The notes under the pieces were generated by a model. The model did no database searches, was not told the origin of the DNA, and worked only from the letters and a program-made list of their open reading frames with translations. From a bacterium (lineage in GTDB: Bacteria > UBP7 > UBA6624 > JBBIMK01), in the NCBI GenBank assembly GCA_037444445.1, contig JBBIMK010000012.1:1-18300 (forward strand): DNA of 18,300 bases. The letters run 5' to 3'. Positions 7,540-14,765 of this stretch are shown piece by piece; position 1 is the first letter of the stretch; every line of letters starts with the position of its first letter. A program made the translations under genes and the position numbers.

Positions 7540-8682
7540 ATGGATATTTTATTGAGCAAGGAGAATCATGAGTATCGGGAGAAGGCTCGGGCGATAGCGG
7601 AGAAGGTGGTGAAGCCCATAGCGGCAGAATGCGACCGGGAATCCAAATATCCCTGGCCTGTGATGGAGGCGCTAAAGGAGGCAGGGCTGTCCGGGGCGTG
7701 GATTCCGAAGGAATATGGAGGTGCGGGCGCCGGGCTTCTCAACCTCTGCATCATTGTAGAGGAACTTTCCCGGGTTGACGGAGGGACTGGTGTGGCTTAT
7801 GCGGTGAACGCCCTCGGCTCTTTCCCTATCATCCTGGGCGGAACGGAGGAGCAGAAGAAGAGATGGCTTCCCCCGATTGCCTCTGGCGAGAAGCGGATTG
7901 CCTATGCCCTGAGTGAAAAAGAAGCGGGTTCGGATGCCGGGAGTCTGAAAGCCCGAGCCACGAAGGATGGGAATGCCTATATCATACACGGGGACAAGAA
8001 ATGGACCACGGGGGCGGAAGTGTCGGAAATCTTCACCGTCTTCGCCTCCACGAACCCGGAAATGGGCGTGCGGGGCATCTCTGCCTTCGTGGTGGAACGG
8101 GGCACGCCGGGATTCCGCATCGGGAAGTTAGAGGACAAAATGGGCATCCGGTGTGTGCCCGTGAATGAGACCCACTTTGATAACTGCCGGGTGCCGGCAG
8201 AAAATCTTTTAGGTGGGCAGGAAGGGCGTGGGTTCATCCATGCCATGCAAACTTTAGATATGGCAAGACCCGGGGTGGCGGCGCAAGCCCTTGGCCTGGC
8301 ACAGGGCGCCTACGAACTCGCCCTCTCCTGGGCAAAGGAAAGAAAACAGTTCGGCCAACCCATCAGCCAGTTTCAGGCTATCTCCTTCCTCCTGTCGGAT
8401 ATGGCCACGCGAATAGAAGCCGCCCGCCAGTTAATCTACGCCGTGGCGAAAGCGGTGGATAAGGGCGAGAAAAACTTCACCCGCTACTCCGCCATGACCA
8501 AAGTTTATGCCTCCGATGTGGCTATGTGGGTAGCCACCAACGCAGTTCAAATCTTCGGCGGTTATGGATACATCAAAGATTACCCCGTAGAACGCTTTAT
8601 GCGCGATGCGAAAATCACTCAGATTTACGAGGGAACCAACCAGATACAGCGCCTCGTCATCTCCCGTTCTATCCTGAAATAA
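7540..8682 (+). CDS. acyl-CoA dehydrogenase (short/butyryl-CoA dehydrogenase-like, 380 aa)
   Basis: ACAD signatures are present: N-terminal MDILLSKENHEYREKARAIAEKVV, AYALSEKEAGSDAGS, and QIFGGYGYIKDYPVERFMRDAKITQIYEGTNQIQRLVISR with the catalytic Glu. The start is placed at ATG 7540, 5 nt after GGAGGTG. This gives the typical ~380-aa length, unlike the longest ORF from 7348. Confidence 0.9.
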   Translation: MDILLSKENHEYREKARAIAEKVVKPIAAECDRESKYPWPVMEALKEAGLSGAWIPKEYGGAGAGLLNLCIIVEELSRVDGGTGVAYAVNALGSFPIILGGTEEQKKRWLPPIASGEKRIAYALSEKEAGSDAGSLKARATKDGNAYIIHGDKKWTTGAEVSEIFTVFASTNPEMGVRGISAFVVERGTPGFRIGKLEDKMGIRCVPVNETHFDNCRVPAENLLGGQEGRGFIHAMQTLDMARPGVAAQALGLAQGAYELALSWAKERKQFGQPISQFQAISFLLSDMATRIEAARQLIYAVAKAVDKGEKNFTRYSAMTKVYASDVAMWVATNAVQIFGGYGYIKDYPVERFMRDAKITQIYEGTNQIQRLVISRSILK

Positions 8683-8692
8683 CCTTCTTTCA

Positions 8693-9040
8693 TCAGGGGT
8701 TTCCTGAGAGGGCGGTTTTATTCCCCGCCTGTAAAAGGGCAGACCGAATCCATTCATCCGGCGGGATGCCCTGAAATCCTTTAGGGGTCCGAAAAATCCG
8801 GCACTTTAAGCCATACTGCATATCCCGGCTGGCGTTCGGGTCCACATCCTTCCCATTGATGCGGATGGTGGGCGAGCCGATGAACCGCCAGGTTGCCGCT
8901 GACGCTTCATCCTCCACCCGTATGCGCCGGATAGGAGCCTGGATGCCCAGTTCCCTCATCAGTTCCTTCAGCCTCGCCTCCGCCTTTTCGTGATTTGGAC
9001 ATCCATCAAAATATAACAGTTCAATCTCCATCTCCATCAC
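8693..9040 (-). CDS. small thioredoxin-fold protein with single-Cys GCPN motif
   Basis: The pattern LLYFDGCPNHEKAEARLKELM...IRRIRVEDE...FIGSPTIRINGKDV...GLKCRIFRTPKG...IPPDEWIRSAL is typical of small proteins annotated as thioredoxin family. AAGGAGG directly abuts the GTG at 9040, so the real start is more likely ATG 9037 or ATG 9031. Confidence 0.8.
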   Translation of the reverse strand: MMEMEIELLYFDGCPNHEKAEARLKELMRELGIQAPIRRIRVEDEASAATWRFIGSPTIRINGKDVDPNASRDMQYGLKCRIFRTPKGFQGIPPDEWIRSALLQAGNKTALSGNP

Positions 9041-9049
9041 CCTCCTTTC

Positions 9050-9079
9050 ATTATAATCCCTACCTCCCTCCCCTGTCCA
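9050..9079 (-). promoter_or_regulatory. promoter of the thioredoxin-fold gene
   Basis: On the minus strand: TGGACA (9079-9074), 18-nt spacer, perfect TATAAT (9055-9050), immediately before the GAAAGGAGG RBS. Confidence 0.4.
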
Positions 9080-9164
9080 ACCAGCGACGTGATGAATGAA
9101 TGTCGTGCTGAACGAAGGAAATCGTGAATCGGGTCACGAACCAAACACGGTCAAAAATAACTGA

Positions 9165-9190
9165 ACTTTTGGTGCCTGACCCCAAAAGGT
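9165..9190. repeat. copy 1 of a 22-nt hairpin-forming intergenic repeat (TTTGGTGCCTGACCCCAAAAGG)
   Basis: 9168-9189 is identical to 18277-18298. TTTTGG and CCAAAA arms flank the loop TGCCTGACC. Confidence 0.55.
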
Positions 9191-9202
9191 GTCATTACTT
9201 GG

Positions 9203-9231
9203 TTGACAGATGGGTAATAAACTTCTACGAT
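9203..9231 (+). promoter_or_regulatory. promoter of the small CxxC membrane ORF (and possibly ppdK)
   Basis: Perfect TTGACA (9203-9208), 17-nt spacer, TACGAT (9226-9231). It is followed by AAGGAGGTGG (9241-9250) and ATG 9257. Confidence 0.45.
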
Positions 9232-9256
9232 AGTAAATAGAAGGAGGTGGTAGGCA

Positions 9257-9433
9257 ATGAAATGGTTTCATTGCGATTATGTCGTTGGCATTTTACTGGT
9301 GATATTGGCGTTGATACCCGGGCTTGCCAGCGGCTACAGGTGGATAGGCTTGATAGCAGGGCTTATCCTCATCGGGCATACGGCGATGGGACCTGCCTGC
9401 CCTGTGTGTAAGGTGATGAAGAGCGGTGGATAA
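9257..9433 (+). CDS. 58-aa two-helix membrane protein with C-terminal CPVC motif (DUF2892/YgaP-like appearance), absent from the ORF track
   Basis: My own translation is MKWFHCDYVVGILLVILALIPGLASGYRWIGLIAGLILIGHTAMGPACPVCKVMKSGG-TAA. AAGGAGG lies 9 nt (taggca after the GGTGG extension) before the ATG, and a consensus promoter is upstream. Confidence 0.55.
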   Translation: MKWFHCDYVVGILLVILALIPGLASGYRWIGLIAGLILIGHTAMGPACPVCKVMKSGG

Positions 9434-9546
9434 GGAAAGAGCCAAATAGCCCATAGTATCGGGAACAAGGAGGCGCAGAGAGGGGAGAAAGAAGGGGCAA
9501 AAGTATTCTCAATCCGCACCTGTAAACGGAATAAGAGGATGAAAAG

Positions 9547-12267
9547 ATGAAATGGAGTGTGATGTTAGGGAAAAGTCCTTACTCCTCGTGGGAGGAGAAG
9601 GTTCAATATCTGGGGAGTAAGGGGGCGGGACTGGATGAGATGACGGGATTACATATCCCGGTGCCACCTGGATTTTCCATCATTACGGAAGCCTGCCGAT
9701 ATTATCTGAGGGAAGAACGGGTGCCTCCGGGATTGGAAGAGGAAGTGAATACGCATATTCGGGAGATGGAGCGGGTGAAGAAGCAGAAGCTGGGTGACCC
9801 GAGGAATCCTTTGCTGGTGAGCGTTCGTTCGGGGGCCCCTGTTTCTATGCCCGGGATGATGGACACGATTCTAAACCTGGGGCTGAATCAGGAAATCACC
9901 GAGGGGCTGGCGAAAAAAACTTCCAACCCTCGCTTCGCCTATGACGCCTACCGCCGCTTCCTCCAGATGATGGGAAGAATCGTTCTGCATATCCCTGGGC
10001 CCCTGTTTGAGAAAGAGATGGACCGGGTGAAAGGCAGGCGAAAAACCACCCGGGATGAAGACCTGACAGCGGAGGACTGGCAGGAGATAGCCAGTAGATT
10101 TCTACACTTGATTGAGCACTATACGGGCAGAAAGTTTCCTGAGGACCCGTATGAGCATCTCTGGCTGGCAACACGAGCCATCTTTGAGTCGTGGAACAAC
10201 GAGCGGGCGAAGGCATACCGTCAGATTTACCATGTGTCGGACACGCTGGGAACTGCTGTGAATGTGGTGGCGATGGTGTTTGGGAATCTGGGTCCCCGGT
10301 CGGGAACGGGTGTGGCATTTTCCCGGGACCCATCCACGGGTGAAAAGCGCCTGTATGGCGAGTTTCTTCCCAATGCCCAGGGTGAAGATGTGGTTGCCGG
10401 CACCCGCACTCCCTTTCCCCTTTCTCGCAAGGACTTAACCGACGGCGTTCAATTTTCACTGGAAGATTGGATGCCCTCTGTTTACGCTGAACTGCTGGAT
10501 ATTTCTCAACGATTGGAGGCTCACTTCCACGATGTGCAGGATATGGAATTCACCATTGAGGAGGAGAAGCTGTGGCTACTGCAAACAAGAGCCGGGAAGC
10601 GCACACCGAAAGCCGCCGTGAAGACCGCTGTGGATATGGTTCACGAGAATCTGATTACCCGTCAGGAGGCTATCCTTCGCCAGAAGCCTGAAGATTTTGA
10701 ACTTTTGCTTCATCCCACGGTGGACCCGAAGTATAAAGTGAAGCCCGTAGCCACCGGTATTCCTGCCTCTCCGGGTGTGGCTACTGGCATGGTGGTGTTT
10801 GACTGGCGAGAAGCGGAGCGATTGAAGAAGAATGGTGAATCAGTGATACTGGTTCGGAATGAAACCTCAGCGGATGACATACGGGGGATGGTGGCATCAG
10901 CGGGCATCCTCACCACGAGAGGGGGGAAGACCAGCCACGCTGCGGTGGTGGCGCGGGGGATGGGAAAGCCTGCCGTCGTCGGCGCTGAACAACTCTTCAT
11001 CCACTTTGAGGGCGGGTTCTTTGATGCACCCGGTACCCGCATCCGAAAATATGACATCCTGACGATTGATGGAGGTTCCGGCGCCATCTATCCAGGCGAT
11101 GTTCCCAAAGCCTCTCCTTCCCCCTCTTCCGAAATGGAAGAGTTATTGCAGTGGGCAAATACCTTTCGCTCACTGAAAGTGCTGGCGAATGCGGAAACCC
11201 TTCAGGATGCCCGGGCGGCCCTTCCCGTGGGTGCGGAGGGAATTGGTTTAGCCCGCACCGAACATATGTTCTTCGGCGAGGAACGCATCACTGCTTTCCG
11301 GGAACTCATCCTCCTGGCGCTGCAGGAACGCAGGCTGAGAGAGGTCCGCGACGGTGAGAGCACCCGAAGAGCCATCTATGGGGTTATGGAACGGATACGG
11401 AAAATGCAGAAAGAGGACTTCAAGCAGCTGTTGAGATTGATGGAGGGGCTACCGGTGGTGGTGCGGTTTCTGGACCCGCCCCTGCACGAGTTTCTGCCCA
11501 CCACCGACGATATGATACAACAGCTGGCAGGGCGTCTACGGCTGGATTTTGAATTTGTGCGCTCCTCCATAGAGAACCTGAAAGAAATCAATCCGATGCT
11601 TGGCCACCGGGGAGTTCGCCTTGCCATCACTTTCCCGGAAATCTATCAGGTTCAGATGCAAGCCCTGACGGAATCTGCCTGCGAGCTTTTGAAGGAAGGG
11701 GTTACCGTTCACCCGGAGGTCATGCTTCCTCTTGTGGGATTTGAGCGGGAGCTCACGTGGATACGCCCGCGTCTGGAAGAGATTGTGAAATCCGTGTCGG
11801 AGCGATATGATGTATCCTTAAAAATTCCTATGGGGACGATGATAGAACTTCCCCGAAGCGCCATGACAGCGGGCAGTATTGCCAGATATGTGGATTTCTT
11901 TTCGTTCGGCACCAACGACCTGACGCAGACCACCCTGGGCTTTTCTCGGGATGATTCGGGGAAATTTCTACCCGATTACATTCAGCAGAGGGTTCTGGAT
12001 TTTGACCCCTTTCAGGTGCTGGACCGGGAAGGGGTGGGAAGTCTAATTCAACTGGCAATTCAGCAGGGGAGGGCGGCGAACCCGAGGCTGGAGGTTGGAG
12101 TCTGCGGCGAGCACGGTGGCGACCCATCCTCTATTGAGTTCTTTCAGCAGGTGGGCGTGGATTATGTCAGCGTTTCTCCCTTTCGGGTTCCAGTGGCTCG
12201 TCTGGCGGCGGCCATTGCCGCCCTACGGCAGGCGGGCGCCACATCAGAATCCACCCGCACCGTCTGA
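9547..12267 (+). CDS. ppdK: pyruvate, phosphate dikinase
   Basis: 906 aa. N-terminal ATP-grasp LGSKGAGLDEM...PVPPGFSIITEAC. Phosphohistidine loop TTRGGKTSHAAVVARGMGKPAVVG. PEP/pyruvate domain GLARTEHMFF, FSFGTNDLTQ and CGEHGGDPSSIEF. Confidence 0.95.
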   Translation: MKWSVMLGKSPYSSWEEKVQYLGSKGAGLDEMTGLHIPVPPGFSIITEACRYYLREERVPPGLEEEVNTHIREMERVKKQKLGDPRNPLLVSVRSGAPVSMPGMMDTILNLGLNQEITEGLAKKTSNPRFAYDAYRRFLQMMGRIVLHIPGPLFEKEMDRVKGRRKTTRDEDLTAEDWQEIASRFLHLIEHYTGRKFPEDPYEHLWLATRAIFESWNNERAKAYRQIYHVSDTLGTAVNVVAMVFGNLGPRSGTGVAFSRDPSTGEKRLYGEFLPNAQGEDVVAGTRTPFPLSRKDLTDGVQFSLEDWMPSVYAELLDISQRLEAHFHDVQDMEFTIEEEKLWLLQTRAGKRTPKAAVKTAVDMVHENLITRQEAILRQKPEDFELLLHPTVDPKYKVKPVATGIPASPGVATGMVVFDWREAERLKKNGESVILVRNETSADDIRGMVASAGILTTRGGKTSHAAVVARGMGKPAVVGAEQLFIHFEGGFFDAPGTRIRKYDILTIDGGSGAIYPGDVPKASPSPSSEMEELLQWANTFRSLKVLANAETLQDARAALPVGAEGIGLARTEHMFFGEERITAFRELILLALQERRLREVRDGESTRRAIYGVMERIRKMQKEDFKQLLRLMEGLPVVVRFLDPPLHEFLPTTDDMIQQLAGRLRLDFEFVRSSIENLKEINPMLGHRGVRLAITFPEIYQVQMQALTESACELLKEGVTVHPEVMLPLVGFERELTWIRPRLEEIVKSVSERYDVSLKIPMGTMIELPRSAMTAGSIARYVDFFSFGTNDLTQTTLGFSRDDSGKFLPDYIQQRVLDFDPFQVLDREGVGSLIQLAIQQGRAANPRLEVGVCGEHGGDPSSIEFFQQVGVDYVSVSPFRVPVARLAAAIAALRQAGATSESTRTV

Positions 12268-12301
12268 TAGAGTCCCGTGTATGGCTGACTACTCGCTTTT
12301 T

Positions 12302-13591
12302 CTACAGGGGAGTGCAGAAGTGTTCCATTTCCTTGAGCAGACGGGCAACCTCCGCTTCCGCAAGAGCAGTAACCTGCTGAACGGTTTCCATCTTCCTCTG
12401 CTTATAGTTTTCATAGTGGTCTAACAGGCGAATCGGATTGCCCACATTCACATAGGCGGTTTTCCAGACTTCGGTGCGGAAATCACCGAACACCTCTCTT
12501 TCCAGGCGGTGGAGGGTGTCCAGAAACCGTTCCTGGCAGAGGTTCTCTCGCACATAGCCATCGTAGAGGGCGATGAAATTTAATAACCGAAGGGTATTTT
12601 TAATCAGAACTTTTTTCTCATCCTCCGTAAGAAGGGAAGCGGGGTGGTGGTCAACCCCAGGGTCTCTCGGGAACAACAGAGGCGCGGCGCTGAAAATCAC
12701 CTTCCTCAGGCGAGCCAGCACGGTGGTTTCTTTCTTCTCCACGAACCCGAGACGCGCTTCTAACTGCTTGAGAATGATTTCCTTCAGAATACCGATTCGC
12801 TCGTTTATGCTCTCCTTCGCCTCCGGGGTTCGGGCAAATTCTTCCTCTATCCGGCTGAGAATGGTGATGCCAGCGGTCCGCAGACGCTGATACAATCCTT
12901 CTGTGGAAGTGTCATTTCCAGCCGGCAAGCCGAGAGCAGATTCCAGAGCGGATAACCCCCGAATGATTCGCACCCTGGAATTGAACCGGAACCGGTATTT
13001 AATCGCCACTGGAACAATCAGAATGGCTTCGCCCGGAAGAGCCTTTTCCAGCCGTTCTTGAGCCCGGAAAGCCATGAAAAAAGTGCCTTCCAGGAAAGGT
13101 AAAAGGGTGTCGTTTTGATGATAGGTATGCCCTTCCGGGAAGATGACGATTTTATGAGGACCCTGCGTGAGAAGGGTCAGAGTCGTCTGGATGGAGTCAT
13201 GGTCCACCGTTCCTCTCTGGATAGAGTAGGTGCCCACCCGCTGAAGAATCCAGCCTAAAAATCCATTCCACATATCAAAGAGTTCCCGGGAGGAGACGAA
13301 AAAATACCTGCCAGGGACCCAGCGGGATACCCACCAGAGGATGCCGGGTTCGTAGAGGGTGGTATGATTGGGGGTAAGGATGGCGTGGGCGTTTTTGAGC
13401 GCCCAGAGTCGTCTTCGGCTTCCCGGAGTTAATTTTACAGAAACCAGCCCCGATTTCAGGGTCAACAGTACCGGGCAGAGAAGGGTGGCGAAAAAGGCTA
13501 CCCCGGGGTTATATTTCGGCGGGCAGAAGGCCTTTTTCATCAATGACTTCGCCTCTACCACCATCGGTATCTTCTCCTTCACCCCATTCAT
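12302..13591 (-). CDS. PlsC-domain phospholipid/glycerol acyltransferase family protein (long, GPAT/DHAPAT-like form)
   Basis: Acyltransferase block I is PNHTTLYEPG (an HX4E variant of HX4D). Block III is VIFPEGHTY. A long helical C-terminal extension follows. An alternative start at ATG 13564 follows AAGGAG. Confidence 0.8.
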   Translation of the reverse strand: MNGVKEKIPMVVEAKSLMKKAFCPPKYNPGVAFFATLLCPVLLTLKSGLVSVKLTPGSRRRLWALKNAHAILTPNHTTLYEPGILWWVSRWVPGRYFFVSSRELFDMWNGFLGWILQRVGTYSIQRGTVDHDSIQTTLTLLTQGPHKIVIFPEGHTYHQNDTLLPFLEGTFFMAFRAQERLEKALPGEAILIVPVAIKYRFRFNSRVRIIRGLSALESALGLPAGNDTSTEGLYQRLRTAGITILSRIEEEFARTPEAKESINERIGILKEIILKQLEARLGFVEKKETTVLARLRKVIFSAAPLLFPRDPGVDHHPASLLTEDEKKVLIKNTLRLLNFIALYDGYVRENLCQERFLDTLHRLEREVFGDFRTEVWKTAYVNVGNPIRLLDHYENYKQRKMETVQQVTALAEAEVARLLKEMEHFCTPL

Positions 13592-13635
13592 TCACTGGCT
13601 CACTCAGTCAAATTCTATCAGATTTTCACAAGCAT

Positions 13636-13664
13636 TTGGCATTTTGCCATTCGCAGATTACAAT
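13636..13664 (+). promoter_or_regulatory. promoter of mtnP
   Basis: TTGGCA (13636-13641), 17-nt spacer, TACAAT (13659-13664). This implies a very short leader before ATG 13677 or 13686. Confidence 0.4.
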
Positions 13665-13676
13665 TAGTGTTTGGAA

Positions 13677-14522
13677 ATGAGGAAGATGGGTCTCATTGGC
13701 GGTAGCGGGCTGTATTCGCCGGGAATCGGTGCGGAGAAAGGCAAACGCATTGCTGTGAAAACTCCCTATGGAAGCGTGGAAATGGTTCAATTCCACACCA
13801 GGAATGCAGAGGTCTACTTTTTGAACCGGCACGGGGAAGGGCACCGATATCCTCCCCATTTAATCCCCTATCGGGCGAACCTGTGGGCAATGAAAGAAAT
13901 GGGCGTGGAGCGGATTCTCGCCTTCAGCGCCGTAGGCAGTATCAACCCGAAAATGAAACCTGACCACCTGGTTCTAATTTCTGACTTTATAGATTTCACG
14001 AAAAACAGGCCCTCCTCCTTCTCCGAGGAAGGGAAAGTGATTCATGTGGATGTGAGCCAGGCTTACTGCCCGGAGATTCGGGAGAGCATACGCAAAGCCC
14101 GGGAAATCCTCCGGGAACAGAAGCGAAGCGGGGTTCCGCACCTGCATCTGAAAGGGATTTATGTTTGCACCGAAGGGCCGAGATTTGAAACATCGGCAGA
14201 GATACGAGCCTACCGGCAGTTAGGCGGAGATGTGGTGGGGATGACGGGGGTGCCTGAAGGGGTGCTGGCGCGGGAAGCAGGCATCTGCTACGCCCTCGTG
14301 GCTGTGGTGACCAACCCCGCCGCCGGCATCTCTTCATCCCTTCTCACGCCTCAGGAGGTGAACGAGAAAATGAAAGCCCTCCAGCCTTTTTTGTGGGCTC
14401 TCTTCCTCACCTCTCTTTCCCACCTTCCCCGCCAGCGTTCCTGCGCCTGTGGCACCATCCCGAGCCTGAGCCTCCTCACAGACGGAGAGATTCAGGGGCC
14501 GGGCGAGGAGAGACCAGAGTAG
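13677..14522 (+). CDS. mtnP: S-methyl-5'-thioadenosine phosphorylase
   Basis: MGLIGGSGLY phosphate loop, FLNRHG, CTEGPRFETSAEIRAYRQLGGDVVGMTGVPEGVLAREAGICYA and VTNPAAG. The track start TTG 13671 would sit at the predicted transcription start, so ATG 13677 or ATG 13686 is preferred. Confidence 0.9.
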   Translation: MRKMGLIGGSGLYSPGIGAEKGKRIAVKTPYGSVEMVQFHTRNAEVYFLNRHGEGHRYPPHLIPYRANLWAMKEMGVERILAFSAVGSINPKMKPDHLVLISDFIDFTKNRPSSFSEEGKVIHVDVSQAYCPEIRESIRKAREILREQKRSGVPHLHLKGIYVCTEGPRFETSAEIRAYRQLGGDVVGMTGVPEGVLAREAGICYALVAVVTNPAAGISSSLLTPQEVNEKMKALQPFLWALFLTSLSHLPRQRSCACGTIPSLSLLTDGEIQGPGEERPE

Positions 14523-14694
14523 CCAGTTTGCGGAGATTTTCCGGGTCCGGAAGAGCAATGAGCGTATTGCCGGCGACGATTGCGGAACCCGGCGAAGGGT
14601 TAAAAATCACGGTTCCATCAGGCTTTTTCACACCCACGACGCTGATATTCAGCTCTTTCCTGAGAATAGAATCCTTCAGCGTCTCCTTCCGCCT
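14476..14694 (-). pseudogene. N-terminally truncated TrkA-C (RCK_C) domain remnant, or a start-less mini-ORF
   Basis: My own translation is RRKETLKDSILRKELNISVVGVKKPDGTVIFNPSPGSAIVAGNTLIALPDPENLRKLATLVSPRPAPESLRL-TGA. This fits the TrkA_C pattern (G.tl.el.lr...v.vvai.R.g..i.nP.....l.aGD.L.vlG....l..l). An in-frame TGA lies at 14695-14697, and there is no upstream ATG, GTG or TTG. It overlaps the mtnP 3' end by 47 nt. Confidence 0.4.
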
Positions 14695-14709
14695 TCAAGC
14701 CCCATATAG

Positions 14710-14739
14710 TTGACAAACATTAAGATTCAATGCAATATT
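14710..14739 (+). promoter_or_regulatory. promoter of the tandem-HTH gene
   Basis: Perfect TTGACA (14710-14715), followed 15 nt later by an extended -10-like TGcAATATT (14731-14739). It overlaps the longest-ORF ATG at 14730, which argues for the downstream start at 14766. Confidence 0.45.
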
Positions 14740-14765
14740 TGAAATGGGTAAGGAAGGAATGGAGA

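Noticed and set aside
9896-10459. 187-aa minus-strand ORF inside ppdK
   Set aside because: It is antisense to a strongly supported conserved gene. Its Pro/Ser/Gly/Arg-rich composition is typical of a shadow frame.
13637-13649. TGGCA-ttt-TGCCA, considered as a sigma54 -24/-12 element
   Set aside because: The GG-to-GC spacing is 6 nt, not the required 10 nt. The sequence is better explained as the -35 region of a sigma70-type promoter, with an incidental inverted repeat.
14334-14558. 74-aa minus-strand ORF from the track, overlapping the mtnP 3' end
   Set aside because: It is in a different frame from the TrkA-C-like translation and has no recognisable features. The neighbouring frame explains the region better.
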